NCBI RefSeq assembly: GCF_011745625.1 | Contig: NW_027191468.1 | Coordinates: forward strand, 310,001-374,000 | Origin: Cladosporium halotolerans | Lineage: Eukaryota | Direction of reading: 5' to 3' | DNA: 64,000 nucleotides | Part shown: positions 1 through 10,634 of the stretch, piece after piece | Layout: each line of letters starts with the position of its first letter | Numbering within the stretch: the first letter of the stretch is position 1 | Program-made: the position numbers and the translations under genes | Notes under the pieces: model-generated | What the model saw: only the letters and a program-made list of their open reading frames with translations | Database searches by the model: none | Told to the model about the DNA's origin: nothing

Positions 1-3000
1 GTCGCTGCGTACCAAAGTGCTTCCTTAAAGACAGATTCGCCTTGCAGGATGTTCTTCAAAGCTGCCAACGCTCCTTCAGGAGTCGTCTTCCTGATTGCCT
101 CCAAGTGCCTGACTTCGTGGTTCACCTCTTGCTCAAGCACGAGCCCGGAATCGTTAACAGCCGGGGCTGGTGCTTGCTCAGCATCACCATCACCAAGAGC
201 AATATGCCCCAGCGCTTCACCGAAGCATGCGAGAAGTTCTTGCCGGAACACGGGAGAGCGGTCATCCGCAAGCGAATGAAGGAGGTACCTCATCATCGAC
301 ATTTTGCGCGTGATGCCAGTCTCTGTGAGACACCGGAAAGCAACCAGCCTGACATTGATTGCATTCTCCACACGAGTGTACTCGAGGAGCTCCCTAGTTT
401 TGTCCTTGACGATGCCGGACCTGGTGAGCTTCTCCAAGCATTGAATGGCTGTCATGGAGTACACATTATGATATGTAGATATCCATTCGTCAATGCGTCG
501 ATAGCGTTCGATCTCGCTGATGGCCTCTTTCTCAAAGTCAGCGTCAGGATTGGTGTCATCCTCCATAGGTTCGTCTTCGCCGAATTCGAAGGTGTAAGAA
601 GCCTGCGGCTCGCGATGCGACACCACGAGGGAGTCCGCCAGACATGACATCAGAGTTGAGATGTAGTGAGCATCCGAGAACTCGTTCGTCGAGTTGTCAT
701 TGAATTTCAGCTTGTCGACGAAGAATCGTCTGACTCCGAGGGGCACCTTGCCGTCTGCGTCCCTCAGGCTGGCCATGGATTGAGGGAGAGCGCATTGAAG
801 GATATAGTGAATCCGGCTTGACCAATCGTTGGGCCTGGGCATGTGTGTGTTTTCAACACAGAACATTTCCGAGAACGCTTTCTCGAGTTGATATTGACCA
901 ACCTCCTGCAGGCTGTTCTTCGCGATGACGGCAATGGCGTCCGCTGCTATCGTCCTAATGCCGTGGAAATACCGGGAGTCCATCAAAGTACGAACGAGCA
1001 CGCTCAGACTCGTTTGATGAGTGCCACAGCTCTGAATGTACTTCACACTCTCGTATTGGGCCACGAGGTCCCTATCCTGCTGCAGCTGACTGACGTACAT
1101 GTACAGTGGCAGCTGCAGATGAATTTTGCCAATCCATTCAAAGTCGGCGTCCATGCGGATCCACTCATAGCTTTCTTGACCCATCATGTTCTCTTCTTCG
1201 GGTGTCCAGTCTTTGAGCTTCCAGTCTTCTACTTCCTGGGGGGTGTCGAGGATGTCACCCAGGCAGTAGAGCAAAGAATCGTCGCCGCCGGTACCGCCAT
1301 CTTCGCCACCTGCTGTAGCCATGGCACGCTCTTTTTGCCGTCTTGACCGCTTCAGTCGCTTGTACTTCGTATTGTACGGAATATCCAGTCTTGTGACTTG
1401 CTCTTTGATATCGATGATGTGCTCGTACGGCGTGCCATCTGCTTCGTGAATGCGGACGGTCATCGGACCAGTGAATACCGGCTGGACCTCCGGCGCCCAG
1501 ACTTCTCCGACATGTTCCTTGATTTCGCGCATAAAATTACCGGGCTCGAACTCAGGTTTTGTCATGCGCTCGACTTGGCGCTGTGTGATTGTCATCTCGA
1601 CAACGAGTTTTTTCTTGTTGAACCGCTGACGAACGTCGAAGATTGGACATCCTGCGTGGTAGACCCACTGCTTGAAGAAGGATTCAAGCTTGTTATGGCC
1701 CAATTTCTCGCAAGTCCGCATGAAGTCGTTGGTCGAAAGCTCACCGTTGCTCAGTTTTCCAGTCTTCACATCGAGAAAAATCCTATTAATAATACGTGTG
1801 ATGCCGGAAGAGCTGCTCGCTTTGATAAGTCGTCGGTCGAGGATGGCAAGGACTAGTGCTGATTTGAGGTCGACAAACTCGCGTATGGTCGGGTCGAGGT
1901 GGAGTAGAGAGCCGAGCTGTTGAAGCGATGGTCTTTCCACATCGAGCTCGTACACCTTGTCTGCAGCTTGCTTCTGACTCCAGCGATACTCGTTGTTACC
2001 AAGCAGTTTTTTGCTAAACTGGTCGGTCATGTAGCCCGCAATTCCGGCAACAATCCAGGCATCTGCTGCATCTTTCGGGATCGCGTTCACTCCCATCCAC
2101 TGGTCCGCGACGGCACGGATCATGATCTTGGAGTTCTTCGTGAGTGGCTCCAAGATCTCGTAGGGAAAGAGCAAGTCAGCGCTGCAGAAAGTCAGACCTG
2201 CGGTCGGCACGGTGTCGAATAAAAGGTCGTCCACGAAGAGCAGCTGATAATCAGAGAATGGAAAGCCACCGTACATGACACCGAAGTAATCGATGATCAG
2301 ATGGACCGGGTATGCCGTGTTTCGCAGCTCTTCCGCTCGGCCTGGCAAGCAATACGCATCGATCTTGACAGCGCTCCTGCCCAACTTCTCCTCTTCGTCC
2401 GCTTCTCTAAAGGCAGCGAGATCAACATGTTCGAAGGGGCCGATGGCGAAACCGACATGTCGCGCAGTCACTGCCGAGGTGAGGCTAAATGTCACCGTAT
2501 GCCGTGTCTCGTCTTCGGAGTCTGCCGTGTCGTCGACAAGCTCACCCACGCAAAGCACTGAAAGTTCCAGAGCGGCGTCTGTAGGGCTGAGGTCGATGAA
2601 GTACTCCTCCTTCTTTTTCTTTTGCTGCTGCGCAATTTTGTTGAGGTCTTCGGGACCGTTCATCATTGTAACGTCTGTGTTGCCCGACGCCTTCGCTTCA
2701 TCGGTTTGCACTGAAATCTGGTCCTTCGGCTTCCTGAACGCATCACCAAGAGTCCTAGGACATCTAATAGCTATTTCCCACATGCAACGCGAGGTCGCAT
2801 CGTCCACGCAAGGGAAAATGCATGAGAGGTTTCCAGGATCCAGTGTTGCTTTTGTGTACACGTATGGAAATCGCGCATCTCCACTATCGACTCCGATCCA
2901 GTGTAAGCCGTCCCTAAAGCTGTCCACCTCGAATTCAATATAGATTTTGATTGGCGCAAATTGAGGGCCTTGCTGCTGAGCAGACTGAGCAGATGGCGCT

Positions 3001-3470
3001 TCTACAGCAGCCATCGCGTCTGTCTCCTGCGTCTGAAGGCTTGGTGTTCCATTGTACTGCGGCAGCGCTGTTGCTGGATCCACACGTAGCTCTTGAATCT
3101 TGAGTTTGGTCGGCAGGGTAATCGACAATTCTGGCAGGGGCGTCGGTCCGAGTGAGCTTTGGATCTTGCGCTTGAGCATGCTGTGTTGCTCGGCTGTCGA
3201 CTTCCCGGGCATGCGCGCGCGCCGGTACGGATCCTCGTATTCCCATCGCGCAGTGATACCTCCGGCCTGGATAAGCGTGGGTTTACATTGTCGGCAATGC
3301 AAATTGATATCTCTGAGATCCTTCACGAGCGGCTGCAGAGTGAGTTCCGTGCTTCCTTTCAGTGTCTGCCTCGCAACGTCCACATCCAAGTCCACTCTCT
3401 GCTTCAAGACAGTGTATTCAGGCTCGGCCTGAGCAGGCACCGGCGCCAGGTCATCTTCCAAGCCAGGCAT
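1..3470 (-). CDS. TAF2: Transcription initiation factor TFIID subunit 2 (M1-aminopeptidase-like fold); 3' end runs off the left edge of the window
   Basis: Absent from the ORF track, consistent with no stop inside the window. Manual minus-strand translation from ATG 3470 gives MPGLEDDLAPVPAQAEPEYTVLKQRVDLDVD..., then FPCVDDATSRCMWEIAIRCPRTLGD, HVGFAIGPFEHVDL, ADQWMGVN...DAWIVAGIAGYM and LGNNEYRW, all typical of fungal Taf2. The + strand ORFs at 42-3536 are its antisense shadows. Confidence 0.93.
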   Translation of the reverse strand, partial: MPGLEDDLAPVPAQAEPEYTVLKQRVDLDVDVARQTLKGSTELTLQPLVKDLRDINLHCRQCKPTLIQAGGITARWEYEDPYRRARMPGKSTAEQHSMLKRKIQSSLGPTPLPELSITLPTKLKIQELRVDPATALPQYNGTPSLQTQETDAMAAVEAPSAQSAQQQGPQFAPIKIYIEFEVDSFRDGLHWIGVDSGDARFPYVYTKATLDPGNLSCIFPCVDDATSRCMWEIAIRCPRTLGDAFRKPKDQISVQTDEAKASGNTDVTMMNGPEDLNKIAQQQKKKKEEYFIDLSPTDAALELSVLCVGELVDDTADSEDETRHTVTFSLTSAVTARHVGFAIGPFEHVDLAAFREADEEEKLGRSAVKIDAYCLPGRAEELRNTAYPVHLIIDYFGVMYGGFPFSDYQLLFVDDLLFDTVPTAGLTFCSADLLFPYEILEPLTKNSKIMIRAVADQWMGVNAIPKDAADAWIVAGIAGYMTDQFSKKLLGNNEYRWSQKQAADKVYELDVERPSLQQLGSLLHLDPTIREFVDLKSALVLAILDRRLIKASSSSGITRIINRIFLDVKTGKLSNGELSTNDFMRTCEKLGHNKLESFFKQWVYHAGCPIFDVRQRFNKKKLVVEMTITQRQVERMTKPEFEPGNFMREIKEHVGEVWAPEVQPVFTGPMTVRIHEADGTPYEHIIDIKEQVTRLDIPYNTKYKRLKRSRRQKERAMATAGGEDGGTGGDDSLLYCLGDILDTPQEVEDWKLKDWTPEEENMMGQESYEWIRMDADFEWIGKIHLQLPLYMYVSQLQQDRDLVAQYESVKYIQSCGTHQTSLSVLVRTLMDSRYFHGIRTIAADAIAVIAKNSLQEVGQYQLEKAFSEMFCVENTHMPRPNDWSSRIHYILQCALPQSMASLRDADGKVPLGVRRFFVDKLKFNDNSTNEFSDAHYISTLMSCLADSLVVSHREPQASYTFEFGEDEPMEDDTNPDADFEKEAISEIERYRRIDEWISTYHNVYSMTAIQCLEKLTRSGIVKDKTRELLEYTRVENAINVRLVAFRCLTETGITRKMSMMRYLLHSLADDRSPVFRQELLACFGEALGHIALGDGDAEQAPAPAVNDSGLVLEQEVNHEVRHLEAIRKTTPEGALAALKNILQGESVFKEALWYAA

Positions 3471-4152
3471 ATCGCCTGCGCTCGTCGTACTTCAACCGCT
3501 GCGCATCTCACGTGCGCCTCTCGCCTGGCACGCTGAACGTCCGTGATGCAATGCGCCCGGCGCAATAAAGATTCCTATGCGACAGCTCTCCAAGCCCAAA
3601 AAGGTCGGTGATGTTGCGGTAGCCCGGCGGTCCCAGTAGGAATAATAAGCGCTGATTAGGGCCGCTGGTGAGTGCAAGAGTCGGGAGGGGTAGCAGTCAG
3701 TCTGGATGTCGGTGGTTGTCGCCCAGCGAGAGCAGTCCGAAGGCGCGAAGCTCGAGGCGCCAGCGGTGGAGCGCGGGAGACGGGAGAGCGGGAGCGGCGT
3801 CACTCCACCATGCCACGCCTGCTGAATGCTGGCAGCGGTTGAGGTGAGTGTCATCACAGTCTTCACTACGCAAAGGCACCTTTTTGTGCTGTCTGTTCAT
3901 TGGTTTAGACAGCAGGATATATCTCATAAGTAGCCTCAGTTACAGTGATGGCCACGTCGCAATGTCGACATACCTTACACGACCTACGAATAGGCGCGTC
4001 GCAAAACGCAGAACATATGTCTCGCTGATTACATGGTCAATCTAAGCTCAGAACGTTATGAGACAATTGGAAATGCTACAAGGTAATATCTACTCATAAC
4101 TCATATCATATTACATACTGGACGCTACAATATACTGGATCTTGATACCGCC

Positions 4153-5280
4153 TTACATGCCGGCAGCGAGCGTGTAGCCACCGTCAACAGCAAAGTTCTG
4201 GCCGTTGAAGTACTGGTTAGAGACAGCGAACAATACCGCGTTCGCCATGTCGCGGTCCTGACCGGGACGCTGAGCAGGAACCTTGCCCTCGAACTTGTCC
4301 TTGGGGATGGCGGATTTCTGATTTTCACCAGACTCGCCGGTAGTCATCTCGGACGGGAAAACGCCAGGTGCGAGCGAGTTAACGCGGATCTTAAGACCGT
4401 TCTCCTGAATCTCATTGGCGAGCAGGCGGTTGAGGTGAATGGCGGCGCCCTTGCTGGCGTTGTAGTTGGGGTGGTGCTGGCTGGTCTTGACCATGCCGCT
4501 GATCGAGGTGATGTTCAGGACGGTGGAGCTCCACGACTTCGTCTTGTTAGAGGCGGCATCGAGGAGTGGTAGGAAAGCAGCAGTCATGAAGAAGATCTGA
4601 GAGACATTGGTGCGGAACACATTGTCCCAATCTTGGAAGGTGGCGCTCTCGTTGTCGAAAAGCTCCTTCTTCAGGGCCTCGGCAGAGCCAGCATCGGTGT
4701 TGGTCGAGCCAGTTGAGATGCCCGCATTGTTGACGAGGATGTCGAGGTGCTGCTCTCGCTTGGAGAATTCAGAGTAGAGCTCCTTGATTGAGTTCTTGTC
4801 GCTAATGTCGGCAGTGAGAGGGATGATAGAGCCAGCGGCATTCTTGCCGTAGGTCTCAGCAACACGCTCAAGCTTCTCTTCCGTGCGGCCGATCACGTAG
4901 ACCTTAGCTCCGTTGACGGCGAGAGCTTGGGTGGCCATCAAACCAATACCGGAGCCACCTCCAGTGACGAGGGCGACTCTGTCCTTCACGTTGAAGAGGT
5001 TCTCCAGCTTGAACTGATCATTGTTGTGGTCCTGGGGGTTGCTGCTCGACATGTTGGTGTATGGCCTGGATGTGTTGATGATTTGGCTATTGATTTGTTG
5101 AAGCCTGTTGATAGGTTGAAGATGTGGTCGTTTCGAAGAAAGCATGCTTTCATCGGAGGCACTTATAGCAGATGTTTGGATGCATCGAGCACTTCTTGAT
5201 GAGGTCACGATTACTGGGGGCTGATGCGTCCGCGGTAAGCGGCCCGCTCTAATGATGGTCTGGAAACGCGATGGATGCAT
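4153..5280 (-). CDS. Short-chain dehydrogenase/reductase (classical SDR, RhlG/FabG-like)
   Basis: ALVTGGGSGIG Rossmann motif, LVNNAG, YNASK catalytic YxxxK and VNSLAPGVFPS. Start is either ATG 5280 (MHPSRF...) or ATG 5052 (MSSSNPQ...). Confidence 0.92.
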   Translation of the reverse strand: MHPSRFQTIIRAGRLPRTHQPPVIVTSSRSARCIQTSAISASDESMLSSKRPHLQPINRLQQINSQIINTSRPYTNMSSSNPQDHNNDQFKLENLFNVKDRVALVTGGGSGIGLMATQALAVNGAKVYVIGRTEEKLERVAETYGKNAAGSIIPLTADISDKNSIKELYSEFSKREQHLDILVNNAGISTGSTNTDAGSAEALKKELFDNESATFQDWDNVFRTNVSQIFFMTAAFLPLLDAASNKTKSWSSTVLNITSISGMVKTSQHHPNYNASKGAAIHLNRLLANEIQENGLKIRVNSLAPGVFPSEMTTGESGENQKSAIPKDKFEGKVPAQRPGQDRDMANAVLFAVSNQYFNGQNFAVDGGYTLAAGM

Positions 5281-5853
5281 GGTGGCGTGATGATGGAAGG
5301 GAAAAATTGGAACACCCCTCTGAATTGAATGTGAATGCTTGACTCCAACTATATCTTCCATCTCGCAAGGGCGTTGCGATGAGGCTGGTGGTCATCATGT
5401 TGGCGTCATGAACTTCGCTGTTGACCGACGTCAGTCTCCACGGCCAACACTCGCTCTGGACCATCAATAATCATGTCAACTCCCTGAAGGGCAGTCGACA
5501 AAAGAATTCATTAATATTTTCAAACGCTGTAGCTAGCATTGTAACCAGCTTCAACGCGTTCTACGAGAAGTTGTTGCCGATGAAGTACACTAATTTGGAA
5601 GTCGTCAATAGCTCTCTGCCCCGTTTTGAGTAGAGTAGTGAATCTCAAGCGGCTCGAGCGGCCCACGAGAACTTTAAGCATGTACATGCACTATGAATAA
5701 GCCATGATCTGCGTTCAAAGCTTACCAATCAGTATCAATTCGGAGATCGCCAAAGCGAATGCGATCATTCGTCATCTTCCATAACTTCACAACTCTTTCC
5801 TAAGACAGGCTAAAGACAGAACAGGTCGACAAACAGCAACGAGAACAACCAAC

Positions 5854-6963
5854 ATGGCATCCGCACAACCACCACCAGCACTCAACATTCCGGACTCAGA
5901 CTCTACAGTCGAGGTCTCTATCATCGACACGACAGCACATGTCACTCTTCCCGCCGCGCACTTCATGCAACCGCCGATGCCAGGCCATGAAACACTGAGT
6001 GCTTGCTGCTACAGCTTCCTTATCAAGCACCGTAACCCATCAGCCCAGAGCAAATACGACAATCTGGTCTTCGACCTCGGCGTACGCAAAGACTGGGCGG
6101 AAAACGCACCTTCCAGCGTCAGAGAGCAGTTGAAGGCACCCCACGTCAGCGTCGAAGTCGACAAGGACGTGTCTACCATCCTTCAGGAAAACGGCCAAGC
6201 CCTCGAAAAAATCGGCGGCATCATCTGGTCTCATTGGCACTTCGACCACACAGGCGACACTTCCGCGTTCCCGCCCTCAACCGACCTGATAGTCGGACCT
6301 GGCTTCAAGTCCAGTTTCGTGCCATCGTATCCGACGGTTGCGGACTCGCCCGTCGACGAGCGCCTATGGGCGGGCCGGGATCTCGTCGAGATATCTTTCG
6401 CCGACCCACAGAGCAAGAACCTCCAACTTGGCGGCTTCCGAGCGCACGACTTCTACGGAGACGGCAGCTTCTACCTCCTCGACACGCCGGGCCACGCCGT
6501 CGGACACCTGTGCGCCCTCGCACGTACGACAGCCAACCCGCCGACGTTCATGTTCCTCGGGGGTGACATTGCGCATCACGGAGGAGAGTTCAGACCGACG
6601 CCGTACTTGCCACTCCCGGCTTCGATTTCTCCCAACCCGCTGCAGGCCCCCTTCGCGAAGCCGACGAGTGCCTGTCCGGGAGAGATCTTTCAAGCAATCC
6701 ACCCGAACAAGAGCGCGACGGAACCCTTCTACAAGCCGGAGGGCGCTGTGCACGCTAGTGCGGAGGAAGCGAAACACAGCATCGACAAGATGACTGAATT
6801 CGATGCTCATGACGGCATATTCCCTGTTATCGCGCATGATGAGAGTCTTTACGACATCGTCGACCTCTATCCGAAGAAAGCTAATGATTGGAAAGCGAAG
6901 GGATGGCAGGAGGAAGGACGCTGGAGGTTCCTGAAGAGTTTCCATGTCGGTGCTGCGAAGTGA
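5854..6963 (+). CDS. Metallo-beta-lactamase-fold hydrolase (AHL-lactonase/lactamase-like)
   Basis: Intronless 369-aa ORF with metal ligands in [10 protein letters not shown] (HxHxDH), [16 protein letters not shown] and AHD. Confidence 0.92.
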   Translation: MASAQPPPALNIPDSDSTVEVSIIDTTAHVTLPAAHFMQPPMPGHETLSACCYSFLIKHRNPSAQSKYDNLVFDLGVRKDWAENAPSSVREQLKAPHVSVEVDKDVSTILQENGQALEKIGGIIWSHWHFDHTGDTSAFPPSTDLIVGPGFKSSFVPSYPTVADSPVDERLWAGRDLVEISFADPQSKNLQLGGFRAHDFYGDGSFYLLDTPGHAVGHLCALARTTANPPTFMFLGGDIAHHGGEFRPTPYLPLPASISPNPLQAPFAKPTSACPGEIFQAIHPNKSATEPFYKPEGAVHASAEEAKHSIDKMTEFDAHDGIFPVIAHDESLYDIVDLYPKKANDWKAKGWQEEGRWRFLKSFHVGAAK

Positions 6964-7322
6964 CCGTCGCTATGCTGGGTAATTTATATGTGACTCTCCT
7001 ATAAATATGTTCTCGACAGCTCAAAGAGACCGTTTGCGATTGCTGGACCCAATGATATCTCTCGTCATCATTGCTGTGATGCTAATGTGCAGGTCAAGTC
7101 GTTGATCGGAATGTTTTCGAGTACCTGCGCGTGGTGGCCATGATGTAAAGATTCGATCTCGCAGGTCTCATGCTCCCATTACTTCGTCCATATACTGACG
7201 GTGCCAGACGGAGGAGACGAGGTCCAGTTTGATTGGAGAAAGAAGGCATGCTTGGTGAGCACTACGATGAGGCGTGCCATCTGATATGCATATCAGTCTT
7301 TGTAGGGCACACTGAAGTCAAC

Positions 7323-7648
7323 TCAGAGATCACGTAGAACTCTAGTCACTGCATCTCGTGCCTCGATCAGGTCACGATCAGTCCCATCCGCATGGGCCAA
7401 CTTGACGTCGGCGTGAAGCTCAAGCAGATCTCTGGCACGCTTCAGATCGGCATCATCTGTGTCTGCAGCTGATGATGGTGGATTGCTGCCATCAGGTCTG
7501 GTGTTGACAAGTGCCAATGCCGCATTTTGATCCTGGTAAATGACGTTAGGTGGATGGAAGGCACATCTAAGGGAGCGCTTGGGAGAGGGCGTACGCAGAC
7601 TTCAGGGCGCAGGGTGGTAAGATCAGAAAGAAGCTCAGCAACCTTCAT
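7323..7648 (-). CDS. Small hypothetical protein (~87 aa, 2 exons: 7648-7595, 7532-7323)
   Basis: MKVAELLSDLTTLRPEVC | GTACGC...CTAAC...CCAG | DQNAALALVNTRP...LKRARDLLELH. Canonical intron with an in-frame join. Confidence 0.75.
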
Positions 7649-7985
7649 TTTCGATGTTCAGAAGTAAAGAGCAAAAACAGTGCTGTAAGTTGTACCTACA
7701 GTGAATGAAGAGCGCACAGATGGCATGGTAGACCGAGTACTACAGTCAATGGGCGTCCCACATGCGGCGCGCTCGGACCACCGAGTGAGCTCAGGATCCG
7801 CGGGAGGAGCGCGTGCGCGCGTGAAGCGCCAAAGCCGAAGCGTTCATTCATGATTATTGACGTTTGGCCGACAACAACCAATCCAACACTGCCTTCCCAA
7901 AGCTCGTTCAAACCAATCGATACCACCGCGGGACCTTCGTTCTACCCCATCACGTGCGTATTTGCACGTCCGACAGATCGGCAAG

Positions 7986-9353
7986 ATGTCGGCCGCCCTC
8001 ATCACCAATGTCGACAAAAAGCAGTTGCGCACGACCAAATTCCCGCCCGAATTCGAGCAACAGGTGGACATGGAGAAGGTCAATGTTCCTGTGATCAAGA
8101 AATGGGTCGCAGATGAGATCGCGAGGATACTGAACAACGACGACGACATTGTGACCGAATTGATCTCGAACGTACTCGAGGAGTCCAAGTTTGTGAGTCT
8201 CGAAGCTTTCATACGCCGACGTAACACAGTAAGAGCGTGTCTGACTAGATACCTCGATAGCCCAAGATCAAAGAACTTCAAATCATGATTACAGGCTTCC
8301 TTGACAAGGAAGCTGCGCCATTTGCGAAAGCTTTGTGGAAGCTGCTGCTTTCTGCACAGAACGGAGCACAAGGTGTTCCGCAAGAGCTACTGGAAGCGAA
8401 GAAGGCTGAACTGGAAAAAGAGAGGGTGAGGATAACCAGGACAGTTCGAGGTTACCGTCATTGTATACTGACGAAGCTTACAGCTCGAAGACGAGAAAGT
8501 CCGCGAGGAAGCCATGAAGCGTCAAGAAGCCGATCGAGAGCGTGATAGAGAGCTCGGAAGGATACGTGAACGCGAGCGCGGCGACCGCAGAGGTGACAGA
8601 GATGATCGCGGTGACCGGGATTACAGAGGTCGCGGTGGGAGAGGCGGCGATCGTTTTGATGACAGGCGAGGGAGCTATCGCGATTCACGGTCTCCTCCCA
8701 GGATCCGCGACGACCGATACAGAGGCCCTCCCTCAACGCGCGGAGTTGACAGCTACGTCCCAGGGCGCTCCTACCGAGACGAACCTCAACGAAGACGCCG
8801 CTCGCCCTCCTACGATCGTGCACGCGCACGTAGCCGCTCCACTCCTCGCCGCCGTCGCCGCCGCAACACATCCAGCGTATCCCGCTCGCCTTCTCCACCC
8901 CGCAAAGCTCGCAGACGGTCGGTATCGCGAGATTCTATCGACCGCAAGGCCGACAGCAAGAGCAAGAGCAAGCGCGGTGACGAAAGCCGCAGATCCAGAT
9001 CCCGTTCGCGTTCTCCTGCATATGAACGTCGCTCACGATCGCCCAGACGTCACCGCCAATCCTACCACGCCCGCCGCCGAAGATCTCCCTCTGAAGATAG
9101 CCGCTCCCCACCACCCAAAAGGCGTAACCGCCGTGCGTCCCCATCCCGTTCACGGTCACCGCCCCGTAGGCGTCGTGACATCTCAAGCTCGCGCTCCCGC
9201 TCGCGCTCGCCTCCTCGTAGAAGCCACAAGAGGGACGACAATGAGCGACGCGACAAGCGCAGGATCAGCCCAGGTAGTACAAGTCGCAGCCGGAGCCACA
9301 GCCGCGACAACGCACCGCCGAAAAAGAAGCAAGAAGAGGATGGGGATAAGTAG
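7986..9353 (+). CDS. PWI-domain, Ser/Arg-rich splicing factor (SRRM1/SRm160-like), 3 exons
   Basis: TKFPPEFEQQVDMEKVNVPVIKKWV...NDDDIV, then ITGFLDKEAAPFAKALWKLLLSAQN...GVPQELLEAKKAEL (PWI), followed by a long RS/SP tail. Introns at ~8193-8260 and ~8426-8483. Confidence 0.9.
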
Positions 9354-9540
9354 GCCTCTGCTGCCCAATTCTGCCCATAGATGTCAAAGCATGGCTTTTG
9401 TCGCGAACAAAATCGCGAGCTCGCTGCCACTGTGCACATAGCTAGCTGCATGTTGTGTAGCTGTAATGAATAAACTACGTCCACTGAGCTGAAGGAACGC
9501 ACGCTGAGTTGTCATGTCATGTCATTTACTATGGTATCAT

Positions 9541-9732
9541 CTAAGAAACGGAGCACTTGAACGGCAGGCCGCAAGGACCCTCGCTCTTGTTCTCTTCTCT
9601 CGGCTGAGGTTGGGTGGAAGTCTGCTGCTCAGCGTTGGTGTCCTTTGCACCACCGTTCGCAGCAGCGCCACCAGCAGCACCCGCAGCCGGTTGGGCCGAA
9701 ACCTCTTGCTTCCCAGCTTCGCTGCCTTGCAG
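9541..9732 (-). other. Putative stop-codon-readthrough extension of the quinone reductase (63 codons ending ...GPCGLPFKCSVS-TAG)
   Basis: In frame directly after TGA CTG, with no stop for 189 nt, and ends in a CaaX-type motif. Confidence 0.65.
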
Positions 9733-10523
9733 TCACTGGAAGTTGACCTTGGCGACGGCCTCGTAGAAGGCCTTGCCCTGAGCCTTGGCGACGTCGAGCT
9801 CCTTTGCGGTGGGCTGACGGGAGCCATCGCCGCTCTGTATGTTCACGTTAGTAGTTGCTCTTCCTCATCTCATCGTCGAGGGGTGGAAACTTACGGCGAA
9901 GGTGCCGGCACCCCAGGCGCTGCCACCACGGACCTCGGAGTTGTCGCCGAGGAGGTGGAAGGTGGTCTTGTAGCCGAGCGGCACGTAGATGATGCCGTGG
10001 TGAGCGAGGGTGCTCATGGCGGCGATAGCAGTGCTCTCCTGTCCACCACCCTGAGTAGCGGTGGAGACGAAGAGACCGGCGTACTTGCCCCAGAAGGCAC
10101 CGGTCTGCCACTGGCCGCCGGTGCGGTCCCAGAACGCGCGCCACTGGGCGGGGAAGTTGCCGTAGCGGGTGGGGATACCCAGAAGGAAAGCATCGTACTG
10201 CTCGAGGACGGAGGGGTCGGAGAGGGTGGGGATGGAGTCGTCCTTGGCCGGGGCGTGCATCTTGTCGAGAACCTCCTGCGGCAGGGTCTCCTGGACGCGG
10301 TAGAGGTCGACGGAACCGCCGGCAGACTTGATGCCCTCGGCCTCAGCCTGGGCAAGAGTCTGCACGTGGCCGTACATGGAGTACTGAGAGGGTGATGTTA
10401 GTAGCTGATCATGATCGAGCCGTATGCCGGCATTGGGTGTTCAATGGCCGGGCGGCGAGACTTGGGCTCAATGCCACTGAATGTGGGCGTACGTACGAAG
10501 ACGATGGCAATCTTGGGAGCCAT
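9733..10523 (-). CDS. Flavodoxin-like NAD(P)H:quinone oxidoreductase, WrbA/Pst2/Ycp4 family (Alt a 7/Cla h 7-like), ~205 aa. Exons 10523-10497, 10383-9895, 9834-9733.
   Basis: [46 protein letters not shown] and [19 protein letters not shown]...KVNFQ-TGA. Both introns are canonical. Confidence 0.95.
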
Positions 10524-10620
10524 GGCGACGATTTGCTGGAGTTTGATGGAAGATTAGGGTAAGAAGAAGATATTGGAGGTAGCGGTGTAAGGAAAGAGGC
10601 AGCGGTAGCGAACGGAGGCC

Positions 10621-10634
10621 TATTTTATATATGG
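10621..10634 (-). promoter_or_regulatory. Probable TATA box of the quinone reductase gene
   Basis: Minus-strand CATATATAAAATA about 100 nt upstream of ATG 10523. Confidence 0.5.

Noticed and set aside
42..3536. Several 100-216 aa plus-strand ORFs
   Set aside because: Antisense shadows of TAF2; no independent motifs.
9514..10395. 293-aa plus-strand ORF spanning the quinone reductase
   Set aside because: Antisense frame of a strongly codon-biased gene; no recognisable product.
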